Counted from the stretch's first letter, positions 26,601 to 45,538 are shown. The stretch is DNA of 64,000 bases from Bugula neritina (GCA_964035545.1 OZ037765.1:11418698-11482697); one strand, 5' to 3'. The notes: generated from the letters alone by a model not told the origin. Numbers and translations: made by a program.

Positions 26601-29600
26601 TTTGCAAATTATTTTTAATTTGTATCTAATTTGATGCCATCTAGGAATTGAAACCGCCGCCTGAACTGTTCAAATAATTAAACACTGGTTGAGAAAAAGA
26701 ATAGAATTCCAACTGGCCTGACTATCGCTTAATTTTGTACTTGCTTTGACATCCTGAACTGTAGACTGCCTTTAGAAAGGTTATAAATAAATAATTCACA
26801 TGTGACCTGATGGGTGCATTTATTATTGAATGTTTAATGATGTTCTAATAAGTTAGCTTAAATAAGTTTTGTGTACTATAATTTGATTTAAAAATGCTTT
26901 AAACAGTTTTAACAAGTATTTTTTAACCAGTGCTTATTTAAGATTTGCAAAATTATGCAAATAGTCAACTTATGTGCCATATCAAGACCCACATCTGGAG
27001 CTTCATAAACTCTAAGCCTAGGGCCACACTGTGCGTATTTTCGCATGCGAAAATTGAAACTACAAGTAGCAAAGGTGTCCACTGTACGCGTTGAGAAAAC
27101 ATTCGCACTTGTCGCTCAGCATTCTCAACGCAAGTGCGAATCGTCTCTGTCGTCGTCACCTAATTGGCTGGTAGTTATTCAGCGAGCCCAATTTCTTTAT
27201 TTTAGTGCTACATTCCAGTAAATTGCGTTTTATTGAAAGCGAGTGCGATTTAAAAATGAAAGCTTTATTTATTACTGACGCTACAGTGGACACCTTTGCT
27301 ACTTGTAGTTTCAATTTTTGCATGCGAAAATACGCACAGTGTGGCCCTAGGCTAAGTCTATGTCAAATCCGCTAGAATTACCAAAAACTGTACTGAGAGC
27401 CATTTTACACTACATACTGCGCAACTTTTAGGATTTCATTTACAAATGAGAACAGTAGCAAAATAATTGAGTGGGTGAAATAAGTGATAGAGACTCAGTA
27501 GAAAGGGATGAGGTAGCTGCAAGAAGACCCAAACCTTTCTAGTATATCAAAGTAAATGTTGTGTTTTGTTCGCTCATTCATCTTGTTGGTTGGTAATAAA
27601 ACAACCACTTTTTATTGTCAAAATACATGTACATCAATTGCAGTAAAGTGGCTATTAATTGAAACCCGAACTGTCATCTTTTGAATCATCCAAAGTAAAA
27701 TATAATAGGAAACTCTACCAGTGAATATAAATATTATGATAACCTTATGAATCAAGAAACAAAATTACTATTAGCTTAACAACTATTCTAGTTCTTGTGA
27801 AAGCTCATGTTCCACCAACATTAACTTTTTTCTTTTCCTGTCATCTATAAAACATGCATTTCTTATTCGCGGAGAGCAGTAACTGAGTGAAGGGAATATA
27901 TTTTCTAATGCTGACTAATTTTGTGCAAATTGATAATGTGCTATATTAAACCATGTTCATTTTGACAAAAGCAATTTTAATGGTTATCAGTAGAATAAAG
28001 ATGCAAAAATGAAATTTATTCAAAATTTGCTAGTATTAGCAAAGAGAGATGTTGGAAAATCTATAGAATATATTATATGTAATATGCGTCTTCTAAAAAC
28101 TGTGCATCTGTACAACAATATTTTTGTTAGAGGTGTCTGAGCAGAGTGCCTGGTTAAAAAATACATCTGCCTAGCAGTGTAAACCCACAAAAGCCAACAC
28201 ATGTTAAATATCAGATGTAGGCTTATGCTGGTCACATACTGTTGGGAATACAGTTAGCCTGACTTTGAGAACATAAATTTATATGCATGAGTTGAGACTA
28301 TCATTTTACTATTCATTGAAAATGTGTAAGTTTAGACGGCAGCATTTCTTACACTGTTTTACTTTTATCAGATTGAAAGCTAAAACTTTACATCATTTCT
28401 TGATCAGATATTCTTTTCACAAAGCCTAGACAATACTTTCATATTTCAGGAAACACCAGACTGAAGTTAGAAGTAAAAGAGCTGCCACTGGTAAAAGAGA
28501 TCGCCTGTGGGATCATGCAGTTATTCCCTATGAGATCAACGCTACCTTTAGTGGTATGCAAAATCATTGAAATTTGATCTATGTTGTGACATCAGTGATG
28601 CTTCAAAATGTGTTTAGATTTTGAATTTCAATGTTAGTAAATGATCATTCCCTGTACTTAGACTTGGCATTGAATTGTTTCAGGTCAACACAAAGCTTTG
28701 TTTAGGAGAGCAATGCAGCACTGGGAGAACCATACATGTGTCACATTTGTAGAGAGAAATCCTGAGTTCCATTCCAATTACATTGTCTTCACAGAAAGAC
28801 CTTGTGGGTAGGTCCATTGAGATTAATAGAAATTATGTAAATTAAACACAATAGAGAATGATGATAGTTTGGTTGATAATGGCAGTCTTGGGCAATTCCC
28901 ATTGTCAGCATGTTTAAGACAGTTGGTGTGACACTTTAAATACATGTATTGCAAGCCTTGTTAACATAAATACAATGATTCTGACAGTATTATTGTATGT
29001 TTGGTTGGGTTATAAAATCTACCTGAATATATATACTGCATTTATAATTTTGTTTTGGAAAGCAAACACTGATGGCTGTGTGCTTGGCAGGACCTAACGC
29101 ATGATGATGGAATTCATTCATGATAGCAGATGTTAGTTTGTGGCATGTACCCTATGTTGCAAATATAACCATTGCTCTTCATATCTATTAGGTGTAGTGC
29201 ACGGTGGAAATCAATTTTTGGCATTTGGTGTTAATATTTCTTTCTATTGTTTATAACAATGTGAAATCAATGAAATAGCTCTACATTATCCCTGCCAGCC
29301 AGTTCAATACTATTTTACCCAATGATATTCTCAGTCTTTACAAAATAAAAACTGGGATTGGTTCTTTGCTTTTGTCCATTGACTCCAGCTAACTTGATAC
29401 AAAAGAAAGTGGCGGTATTTCTGTACTCAATACCGCTTCCCTCTAACCAGATTGGTTAGTTTTGTTGAGGTATTGTGCACAAGTGTGAAACCTCCCATGT
29501 GATTTGTCTACATATTCATATTTCTATACTGCATTGAATTATACATCGATATAGATATCAAATAACTAACATTGTTTTCTCTTCTCATTCATCTTGTGAA

Positions 29601-32600
29601 TGTCAATTCTGCATTCTATTTACATATATATGCAATATTGAAGAAACTAGTAACGTAATGTCATTCATTATTTATATTGTATAGTCAGTATGTCATCATA
29701 ATACACAAGCCCTGCAGCTGTGCTAATATCTATTATATGCAACCCACTCTCTTAAACTCAATACATACTTATGCCGGGCCCTGATTGGTCTGATTTTTTA
29801 TGTTTTCCTGCATATTTAGACTAATCCAGGTTAGTTTTGTTGCAACGAAGTTTAATAAATTTTGCAAAATTTCAATCGTTATGCTGTAAAAATTGCATTT
29901 TAAATAAAGTTTTATACTCGACAAAATGTGTTCTGCACATTCGTCTAACCCTTAAAGCTCTGCATTACAGCATTGAGCCATCTGCCTTACATGTTGACTT
30001 TGTAAGTCTTGCTTTAATTAGTCTGTCTGTTTGGTAGATGCTGTTCCTATGTTGGAAAGAGTGGCGAAGGCAGACAAGATGTTTCTATTGGTAAAAATTG
30101 TGATAAGTTTGGCATTGTAGTGCACGAGCTGGGACACGTTGTTGGTTTTTGGCATGAGCATACCAGGCCAGACCGAGATGAGTACATTGATATTGTCACT
30201 GAAAATGTTATGAATGGTAAGCATTATTGATTTCAGCCCTTGGTTATTATTCGTGCTTATGTCTTGCTATATTTACCATTTAATTAGCCATTGCATAACA
30301 ATAATAAATGATCTAATAATATAAAATCAGCTGACACAACAATGCAATATATCAGTCGCTGCTGACCTAACCCAGGTAATATTCTGCACTGAAAGCCCTC
30401 GTGCATTGGTCTTGGATTAACATTGTGTTTCATAGCTGGGAATATTTAGTACACACATATTGAAAGAAGACGTTGGCATTAGCTTAACAAACCAATAAGC
30501 CAAATCAAACATGTACTTTGCTATAAGATTTTATATTAATAGCAGAAGTTAGAAACTACAGGTTGATTTAACTATTAGTAAACCAATCATTTTATATATC
30601 TACCTGATGGATTGTGTTAAATGTCCATCTTTATGCACTTTGTAACCTCCCTAAGTAACTTTTACTGGTATATTGTAGTCGACTGAAAACATGGCTAGAC
30701 AGTTACTATATAAACATCGTGTAAATCAATTTTCAATAGTTTAACAGACAGCTGTCACTATACTTTGAGCTGCTACTTCTCAGTATAAGATTTGTTGCTA
30801 CAAAAACATTCACCACCCAATCTCTTGGACACCTAATTACTTAAGGCTGATCTCTACCTGTTAGCCGTACCAGCCATTATAGCATCTCAAATGTGAGTGT
30901 GTTTTTTAGGACAAGGTTACAATTTTAATAAGATGCCAGATAATGAAGTTAACTCTCTTGGAGAAGAGTACGATTATGAGTCAATTATGCATTATGCCCG
31001 CAACACATTTTCTGTTGGTGAGTACAGGTCCATCATCCATGGCAAAGAGATAACTGAGAATATGACATTTAATACGCCTGTGGCATTGTTCAATCGCTAA
31101 CAACTATAATTAGTTTTAGGATATCCCACAATCCTTTTTTTGATATTATATAGTTTGCTGAAATTGAAATTTTCTCTGAAATTGTTGAAGGCAAGAAAAG
31201 GTAACACGACACATGCATTTGTGTATACTGTAGGTCCGTACGATGATACTATTATACCTAAAAGAAAACTGCCCAATGGTAATCCAGTTGAAATCGGGCA
31301 GAGATTGCGTCTCAGTCCTGGAGATATTCGTCAGGCTAACAAACTCTACTCTTGTACAAGTAAGATTGTTATAACAGCTTTTAAATAATGTGTTTTAGCT
31401 GTAAGCAGAGCAATTTTTAATTTTTGTCATATTTCTATGCGGGTAAGGTGTAGATTGTGCGTACATGCACACCATGTATCAATGCAATTAACAGGATGTG
31501 TTGCCAGTGACGCACAAACATTTAATTATCATCTTGATTCTTGTAAAGTTGTTAAATGTTTGTGAAAATTACTTTCAGATGATTATTGTTTAGTTAATAC
31601 ACTGTAGGAGTATTCTAATGAAATCAAGATAAAAAGGGGTATCTTCTGTACAAACTGAGTAAAGTGCCCTGATTATGTGGAGGATTTACTAATTTAATAC
31701 AGTGTCTAGGTTTTGCAGTATTATCAAATTCTTACGATCATAAATCATTAGCCCCTGAGCCCATTTACATCTACTAAACACCTTTATTCCTGAATGTTTC
31801 AAGGCTTATATCCAAATTAAAGATGTGCGAAGACGTATAGCTCAATTATTCAAAAATAATGTGCTAGTATTTGACACCTTTATGGTACAAACACTGCGAT
31901 ATCTGGTAGTCTGATATCTTATCAGATGAGTAGCAGTTTTAACTTAATTCAACTTAACACTATCATCCTTATACCCAGTGTGTTAGCATTCCATTAGAAG
32001 ATTGAAGGATAAATATTATAAATTTTCTTTTACAAATTTAGTTTTTTCAATGTAAGGAAAGATGAAACTATGAAATGTTTGCTTTTGAATGATCTTTTTG
32101 TAACAATTTACAGCCTGTGGGAGAACGCTCCAGGAACCTAGTGGCGAGTTTGAATCTCCGACAGCTACAGAAGAAGCTCAGCACTGCCAATGGAAAATCT
32201 CCGCAACTCATGGAGAAAAGATTTATTTGAACTTGACCTCATTAAACATTCCTTCAACGGATGATTGTCGGACTAGCTACGTCGAAGTGAGAGATGGGTA
32301 TTACGAGCTGAGCCCACTCATTGGTAGGTACTTTGTGCTGATAAGACGATTCATTTCTAGATGATTGTCTTTCTCTGTAAGGATATTTCTTTGGAATTAA
32401 TTAAAGCAGCTTGCAAAACTCAGCTCCTAAAACTGACTCCACCAAATGCTGTAGTAAAATAACAAACTTGACTTCTGAACTTAGCAAAGTGTAAGTGATA
32501 TGCCATTGTCTAAAATTTTAAATGGTAGTATGTACAGATGCACATTGCTTTTATCTATAATGAGGCAAACTTTTTTAAATCTTTTACAAAACTAAATTTT

Positions 32601-35600
32601 AGGACGATATTGTGGAGGCACAGCCAACATTCCGCACACCCTAGTTTCCTCAGAGAGTCGCATGTGGATTGAATACAGGTCTTCTCAGTCTTTACTTTCA
32701 GCTTTCACTGCCCAGTACGAAGGTGCGCTTTTGTATCTTACCATAGATTACTGTTGAGCTTTTAGCCATCAAGATATTCATTAATGTAACCATGCAGTCT
32801 ATCAGCATTTACTTTGCTATGGTAATGCGGGCTACTTACTTAATTAGACTGTCATTATAGTGTAACCAATGCTAAGGCATGCAGCAAAATCTATGTCAAG
32901 TTTATTTTATTAGCTGTATGCGGAGGGTTGATTCAAAAGGAACATGGGTTCTTCTCCAGTCCCAACTACCCTGACGATTACAGACCAAACAAAGATTGCA
33001 TCTGGAAAATTGAAGTACCCGAGACGTTTACAGTTGCTGTTGAGTTTCAATCTTTTGAGGTAAAATGTTTTGGGGAAACACAAAAACAATGTTTTCTTCA
33101 AGATCTAATTTTAGAATCAAATCATTTGTAGATCAGTTTTAAATGTTCAAATACTTTAGAATTTAGAATTTATTAACAAACTGCCAATGCCTTAATATGG
33201 AGCAGACGAGATTTGGTAGCTGTGTTATAACTTGCACAAGTAATTTGATGGATTGGATAATCAGCTTTTATGGCAATGGCCGGGGCTAAAATTAGTTTTT
33301 TCAAACTGGAAATCTTTAGAATGATCATGCAAATAAAATATTATTTTATTTTGGTCAATAGTTTGCACCAAACCTAACATAATGATTGAACAGGATATGG
33401 TAATATGTAGTATAGATAACTCTTACATATAAATTAAAACCAGTTAGAAAATAAGGTAAAAAGTCTATTCAGGTGGCCGTTGTACTGGAGTTATAGTTTT
33501 TGGCTCAAGTCTAAAGCTACAGACTAAAGTTCTTAGTTGGCTACATGTTTTTTGTTTTTCTAGATTGAGAACCATGATAGCTGTGTATACGATTATCTTG
33601 AATTCCGAGACGGGCATGATGATGACTCTCCTATAATTGGTAAACATTGCGGATATAAAATACCACAAGGAATTAAATCTTCTAGCAACAAGCTCTGGGT
33701 TAGATTTAAATCTGATGGATCAGTGCAGAAACCTGGATTTGCTGCTAAATTCCTCAAAGGTATTTGCATGCACTTGTGTCTATCTTAAAGGCATTATAAT
33801 AATGGTATTCACGTAGTATTTGCTACTCAACTTGTTTAATTAATCATTGTAAAATATGGATATTTGACACGTTTTTTCTCTCTATATATATGCTTATATT
33901 AATAGAGGTTATTTCTAGTGTGCATATTAAGCAAAGATTTAAAATGTCGAAATTAATTACAATTGGGTTTATACCAATTTAGCTGTCAGATTTTTGGCGA
34001 CTCAATTTGGATAATTACCAGAAATTTCAAATTAACATAATTATTTGGGTTCAAATACACTTGTTAATCACATTCCTTTCTACATTGTTATTGTGTGATG
34101 AAGGCTGCTGGCACATTAACTATGTGTTATGTTATAATTACTTTTGACAGTAACTCAGTTGCAGAGCACATTAAAATATGAGTGAAGATTGCTGCTGCGA
34201 AATATTGCTGCTTGTGAAATGAGTCATGAAATGTACAGTAGTTGACTGTGTCTGCTGTAGAGTATGATGAGTGCCAGAGTGACAACCATGGCTGCCAACA
34301 CACATGCATAAATACTCTCGGCTCATATAGATGTGAGTGTCGAATCGGCTATGAGCTTCACTCTGATGGGAAAAAGTGTGAAGGTAACACAACTAGTAAT
34401 AACCAGAAATACAAGCAGTTAGAGTTAGATATGTATATTGATAGCAACTATTGATATGAGATTTTGCCTTGAAATCAATAGATCTTTACTAGAATGCTTT
34501 TTAAAAAAGTTAAATCTTACACTGAAAATTATCCATAAAAAAAGCAAAAGTAAATGTTAGCACAATTGAAATTTGTGATATTGTAATAACTATTTCATGT
34601 GGCTATGGAATCTGCTGTAAATACAAAAGTAGTGCAATAAAGCAACTGCTGCATAGACAAGCATCTTTTAATATAATATCTTTACTACTTGCTAGATGCC
34701 TGTGGTGGGTATTTGAAAGCTATGAATGGCACCCTCAAGTCACCTTCCTTCCCATCCACTTATCCTATGAATAAAAAATGTATTTGGCAAATCGTAGCTC
34801 CTGTAGACTACAGGATTACTTTAAACTTTACTTACTTTGATCTGGAAGGTAACAATGTAAGTATGCAGTATGTGTATGTAGTAATCAAGGAATGTAAATT
34901 AAAATAATACAGGATGCATTACTGTTTAATAATTCTGTACCAAGATGTAATTTACAGTGGTTAACCTAAAAATTCTGCTTTTAAATAATTTTTCCACATC
35001 AGATTTGGTATAATATTAAATAATTGGAGCTTTAAAGTCACCTTATAAGTATGTATCAAGGTTTACGGTGTAAGCAATCACATGTAGTATGTTTATATTT
35101 TAGCATGACTGTGAGTATGATAGCGTGAAAATAAGAAAGAATGTGGGAGATAATGCCGAAACCCTCGGTGTGTTCTGTGGTACCAAAAGGCCTTCACCTA
35201 TAACTTCTCATGGTAACACTTTGCTAGTTGAATTCACATCTGACAACACTGTTCAACGAACTGGCTTTGAAGCTTACTTTTTTACTGGTAAGAATTCACG
35301 GCATTATATCTTCAGCAGTACATTTTCTTTATCATTTTTGTTGTAAAAAGAGTAATTTCAAAAGTAATATACTCAACATCTTGTAAATTATTACTTGATA
35401 ATAAATTTAAATAGCTTAGCACAATTTGATCTTTTATTATTGTTTTCTACCCATTTTTGCGTTTTGTATTTTTTAGATAAAGATGAATGTGTCTCAAATA
35501 ATGGAGGCTGTCAACACGTGTGTAAGAACACAATTGGTTCTTATGTTTGCTCGTGTCATAGCGGTTTTACTCTACATGAAAATGGACATGACTGCAAGGA

Positions 35601-37322
35601 AGGGGGTTGCAAACATGAAGTTATGGGAACTGGTGGCTCTATTCGCAGTCCGAATTTTCCCGACTCATATCCTAGTAGACAGAGCTGCGTGTGGCATTTC
35701 CTCACTACCCCTGGACATAAAATCATCTTAGTTAGTACTTAAAACAATCAGAATAAAATAAACAATTCAATGATGATTCACTTTATATGCATAACATTAT
35801 AATATAAATTGAGATTCTATAGGCCATTTAGTTTAATGTATACAATGCCGTAATGATTTTGTGGTGTTATAGACATTCGAAGAATTTGAATTGGAGCCAC
35901 ACCAAGATTGCTCATATGACAATGTTGAAATATACGATGGAGCTAACAAAAGTTCATTAACTCTGGGCAAGTTTTGTGGTAGCAGAAGGCCTAAACCAAT
36001 ATCTGCCAGCGCTAATGAGATGTATATGGAGTTCTTCTCAGACGCATCTGTGCAAAGGAGGGGCTTCAGAGCTCATTACACTACAGGTATTTGTTAGTCA
36101 AATGTTGTTTTTAGAAATGTGAAAGCCCAAGGCAATAAACAGCCTACACTACTCTGCATGTTAATTAGTAAAACCAACTAGTAATTTCAAAACAATAACT
36201 TGTTGTTTATGTCACAAAACTAAAACAATTCAATTTTCTAACACAAGCATGAAGGCATTTTCTAATGTTTTTTTTTCTGTCTGGGCTTTCGTTTGGAACA
36301 AAATTTGTATAAGTAGCAAATGACTGTTAGAAACTGTTATTAGAAACCCATATAATACTTAATATCTCTATCAAAGTCATTGCATTCTTTTTTATAGTAA
36401 AAAGTTTTGTTGCACTTGTTGCAATGCGGTAGTTTTGGTGAATTGTTTTAGCATGTGGTGGGCGATTGATTGCTACAGAAGAACCGAAGTTTATCTATTC
36501 TCATGCTAAGTATGGAGATCAGCCTTATGATACTACTGAAGATTGTGACTGGCGTATACATGCTCCCAGCAATAAGCTTGTTCGTCTCGAGTTTATAGCT
36601 TTTGCCATTGAAGCAGAAACAGATTGCGGGTAAGAGATGTCTGTATTATTACAGATTATTGATTTAAAAGAATTTGGCAAACATAATATTTTGTTGTTTG
36701 GTAGATTTAAAACGTTGTAGCAATAATTTCTGATACTCATTTATGTAAGCAGTGCAAAATAATATCGTCTTTTTAGAGTAGTAAAACCCTAAGGCTAATC
36801 GGGTATAGTATTTCTTGTATTTTGTAACTACTTACTCATATATTTTTTAACAGATATGACTACATTGAAGTATATGATGGTATAGAAGAACTATCTGATA
36901 AAATGGGAAAGTTTTGTGGTACAACGAAGCCGTCGCCATTTGTATCTACAGGAAATGAGTTGCTGCTGAAGTTTCGTTCAGATGACACGGTAAACTGGAA
37001 GGGGTTTCATGCCATGTACAAGCTAGTTGATCTTTATAGTGAAGAATCAATTGCTCCCACTCAAATTCCATCAAACCATATGCTGGTGTCCGCCAAGAAT
37101 AAAAGTGAGATAGAAGATGCAGATACACAAAACAATGCTGACTCGGCAGCTTCAGCTACAGATACAAGTCAGGACGGACCTGTACAAACTGCGCAAGCTT
37201 CAGTACTAGTACCTCAGTCACAACTGAGCAATCGAGCTAATGTAGTTAACCGCCGACAATATTTAAGACAGTTGAGGCGCAATAACAGGCTTAGACAACA
37301 ATCTCGGTCTCAGGCCAAATAA
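23631..37322 (+). CDS. BMP1/tld: BMP1/tolloid astacin metalloprotease (signal peptide, prodomain, astacin, CUB-CUB-EGF-CUB-EGF-CUB-CUB, C-terminal tail), 18 exons, 1073 aa
   Basis: Exons 23631-23712, 26253-26496, 28450-28553, 28684-28807, 30038-30216, 30910-31017, 31234-31359, 32114-32323, 32603-32722, 32914-33059, 33564-33759, 34261-34383, 34696-34856, 35104-35287, 35477-35730, 35873-36086, 36452-36629, 36854-37322; 3222 nt, in frame. Motifs: DPCKA..GDIAL prodomain, furin site RSKR/AAT, zinc motif [19 protein letters not shown], Met-turn [10 protein letters not shown], five CUB and two Ca-EGF domains. Confidence 0.97.
24516..24806. mobile_element. Diverged MITE (Harbinger-like), GC-rich
   Basis: CCCCTCATTCACAC..GTAACAGCAAACATCAGCGATTTTTA pairs with TAAAAATGGCTGATATTCGCTGTTAC..GTGTAAATGAGGGG; flanks TAA / AAA. 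Confidence 0.65.
27016..27352. mobile_element. Tourist/PIF-Harbinger-like MITE, ~71-bp TIRs, TAA TSD
   Basis: GCCTAGGGCCACACTGTGCG...GTGTCCACTGTA is mirrored at 27282-27352 with one mismatch; TAA at 27013-27015 and 27353-27355. Confidence 0.88.
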
Positions 37323-38170
37323 GCAAAATCTCTAAATAGACTTCTCAACTTGGTCCAAGCTATGCCATTGCCATTTTACAAGTACATAAATATTTTTGTG
37401 TTTTATATGACAGTTATAATAACTCACTGTATACAATCTCATGTACCTCGTGTGATTATGCTATGTTGGCTTATGAGAATGGTTTATTTTAGATTAGTTT
37501 AAACAATTTCTTTGTAGAAAATTATTTCTTGCTTAGAATTATAAATAAAACTTGGTGATGATATTTAGCCTGTATATCATTTAAAGTTGCCATAGTTTCA
37601 GAACCCAGCTATGCTAATAATACAATAAACTTAATCCAGATTTTTTAATCTAGTTTACAAATCATTAACAAATCATTTTATGTGTTACGTGCCATGGTTT
37701 TATTTTTATTTTACCAATTTGTAGTACAGTAGGAAAAAGTATGCTTTGTAGTTATCAAATAAACCTACATTTGCTGTAAATATCATAATTTAATATTTCT
37801 TTAAAATATCATTTATATTATTATATTAGAGTGCATATATATTATATTGAAGTGTGTGTATATTTTTTTAAATTCTAATATTTATTTTTACAAAACAATA
37901 AAACAAAGTATATAAGTTAATGAATCAACACTGTTTTATACAATTATTAATGTTAATAACAAGAATAACAGTTTTGTTTATATAATTATAGTTGCAATTT
38001 AACTAATGGAAATGGTGAAATAGTATGTTGAGACTTGTTTATATGTAAAAAATTCTTCTGTGCACTATTAGCAGGTTTATTCTATCTGTTAATTACATAA
38101 TTAAGGTGATTAAAGAGACATCATACTACATATAGGTAAATACTACCTGTGATCACTAAGCTCTATGACA

Positions 38171-42500
<4,330 letters not shown>

Positions 42501-43637
42501 GCTCAGTATTTGATGCTTGCAGACTGTCAACTGAGCTCGTAAGCCATTATCTCACTAAAGAACCTAGCCATAGTACCATACAATAGACTAAAATCTAACA
42601 AACCTTTAAGTAGATTTCACTGCGCAACTCAGTACTAGTCCCTATAGCATCCTAGCCATATGAAATCCTGCAGTGATATCCTTCAAGTTGCAGACAATAG
42701 AAGACATTTTACATTATGCATATGCAATATTTGCAAAACAGCTTATTTTAGTTTACTTTTATATATATGAAAATCTGGAAACCCATACACAAAAATAGAT
42801 CAAATATAGTCTATGAATGTAATATATACTAGCATACAACTCAGATGTTAACATACACATGCTAATATTTAACTTAATCTGCCTTTTTTCATTCACCCAG
42901 CCACCCTATATGGAGTTGGCTCTGTAGATGCTGTGTTTCTGATATCTAAATTATTGGTCTGATAATGACATTATCATCAGCAATAAGGGAACAGATGTTT
43001 AATCACAAGTCAGTACTTATAAAATATTGTTTATGTATTATAAAACATTCTCGAACAGGACAGAGCAGAGATAGGTGAGAAGGATATTATCAAATAGTAA
43101 TAGCTGATCAACCCACTGTTAGTAGGCTATTACTTGGAATTTGTGTTAGATATTAGACACCAGCAAATTTATCTAAGAACTTATGAACTTTGATTATGAC
43201 ATATCTAATGTGTTTATTAGAATCAATTTGCAAGAAGTGTACAACTTCTAAGTATTAATGATCATTCTTGCAAAAACTTTTTGTATGGTTTTACTTATAA
43301 AATTGATCAGGTTCCCAACTAAATGACATTTCCTGCAGTTTTTATTGCTTTATGTACTTGAATTAATTATTATTTTAGCTTATTATTAATTATTACACGT
43401 ACATACTTCTCATTTGAAATGTGTTTTTAGATTGCCATATAATAAATATATTGCACATGACGTTATGTATGCACAACTACTTTTATCATAGTACAAATAA
43501 TTGAGCTTGGAGTTGTATTCTCATTCAACTAAAATACATCGGAAACTTTTCGAAGACTTGTTTTAAATCCTGATTCGTTTGTATAATGTAGCATCCTTAG
43601 AAAGCTCCATGAGAACCAAGATTGAAACAAAACCATT

Positions 43638-44780
43638 CATACTCGTAGTCGTAGTGATAATCATAATGTCACAATGAGAATGGTAATATTTTCATTTAGT
43701 TTTACTCGTAATATTGCATAAGAAAAATTTAAAATATGCATATTTTGTCATTCTATATTTATATAGTTGTATACATGTTTATTTGTTAAAACTACAGTTT
43801 TACAAAAAGTAAAGGCAAAGTGAAAGCTGTAGCCGTAGGCGTAGGGGTGTAGCAGAGGCCTCTGCATAGTATTACTATTACTAGTATTAGTATTAGCCAT
43901 AGTGACAGTGCATAGTCATAATGACTGTCAGTGTCGCTGTAACTGTTGGAGTAAACTCGATTTGATTAATCTATTCGATTAAGTTTAATTTTAAATAGTA
44001 AATTTAATCTTTGGCCATAAGTTAAAACGGTAAGGTATAAACTAAAACTTTAATAATAATACTAATAGTAATAGTATAAGTATAAAGTATAAACTTAAAG
44101 CATAAAATAAATAAATGCTTAACTTCAAGACGTAAGACTAAAAGTAACACAAACTGTAAGTTAAGCTAAAATTAAGATCGGATGGAAACACTAAACTTGA
44201 AGTAGCTGTAAAAAATCAAGGATTGAAAATAAATGTTACTTGACAAATGAAAATTAAAAACTTTTACTTTTAGTTTTACTCTAAGTTTAAATCATAAGAA
44301 ATGCCAGCACAATTTGAATTACAATTACAATACGAATATGGACTGAAATGATTATGAGGTTCAAACTGAACCTTTACCTAGGGGCTAAGACTGTGGCACT
44401 TAGAGTTAGTTTTACAGTTACACTTACTGTTACTCAGATCGAGTCTGATTAAGTCTGTAACTGTTAGTGTTTCTCATTACATTTACTACATTTCTTTTAT
44501 GAGTAATAGTATTTTTATTATCAGCATCAGATTATAAGTAGCAGTATAATACCCTAAGTTATGCCTATGGCTATCGGTCTAAGTATCAGTATAGCCATAG
44601 GTATTAATGTAGTTATGTTTATGATGGTGGGAACCTTTATACGGCTATCATTATCACTAAGTCTAGCTCTAACCAACAACAACGAAATTACTATTTGCAT
44701 AATTTGAAGTAATGTAAATTTTTAAAGTTAGTAAAACTATAAAGTCTAAAGATTCTGATACTAGTTGAATTGTTCTCGTT
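43638..44780. repeat. Tract of heterogeneous hexamer-periodic micro-repeats between the divergent EF-hand and catenin genes
   Basis: (TCGTAG)2, GCTGTA/GCCGTA/GGCGTA, (TATTAG)2, (TAATAG)2, (ACTTTT)2, (AATTAC)2, GTTATG/CCTATG/GCTATC. Confidence 0.7.
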
Positions 44781-45464
44781 TACTTTTGTACTCATATTCA
44801 TTCAGTTAATCACCATCATAGTCTTTTTGTGTTTTCAGAGATAGTTGAACTGGTAGACCAAAGCTGGGTCATTGTCATGTTACTTGAGTACTTAACTTTA
44901 TTGGCCGAGAAGACATGCTAACTTATGACTTGGCTATTTTAATTGACTTCCGAAACTTTTGAAATTTAGACTTGTCTCATTGCTTGATTTCGTTTTTTGG
45001 AATTACAATTTAGCATTTGTTTAAACAAATTAGATACACCATTAGGATATATCAGTGTTTTTATGAAAATTAGGCAAAGTTATTATAGCAATAATCTATA
45101 AATTTAAACTATATCACTAATAAGATATTGAGGGTAAGCTGTTTTTGTTTTTTTTTTATAAATCAAGTTAAGCTCTGAAAATGATTGCAGTGCTGCAAGC
45201 ATAAAATAAAAAATTGTTGATCTTTTAGTTTTATAATTTTTATTATTAGATTTTTCAGTCTCTTATTTAGTTAGTCTAAGTCTTATTGTTAACAATTCCA
45301 GTATCCATTTTCTTATATTTTTAAGAATCTTTCATTAAAGACATAGTTCCAATATGATTTTATTCATTTTATTTTTATGGGGATTTAAATTTATTTTAAG
45401 GGGCTTATGCGCAGTTAATTTATTTACTCCTTTTCTACTTCTCCTATTGAACATTCTTTTGTAG

Positions 45465-45538
45465 GAGCATGACAAATTGGCTAGCTTGAAATCCTGCAAC
45501 AGGAATAACTAAGTGTCAGCTCTTGGGGGTGATCAGAG
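45465..45538 (+). other. Putative 5' UTR exon of the catenin gene, containing a short uORF (MTNWLA*)
   Basis: ttttgtag acceptor ending at 45464 and gag|gtaaat donor at 45538/45539. ATG 45469, TGA 45487-45489. A further candidate leader exon lies at ~44839-45133 (ttttcag ... gagg|gtaagc). Confidence 0.45.
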
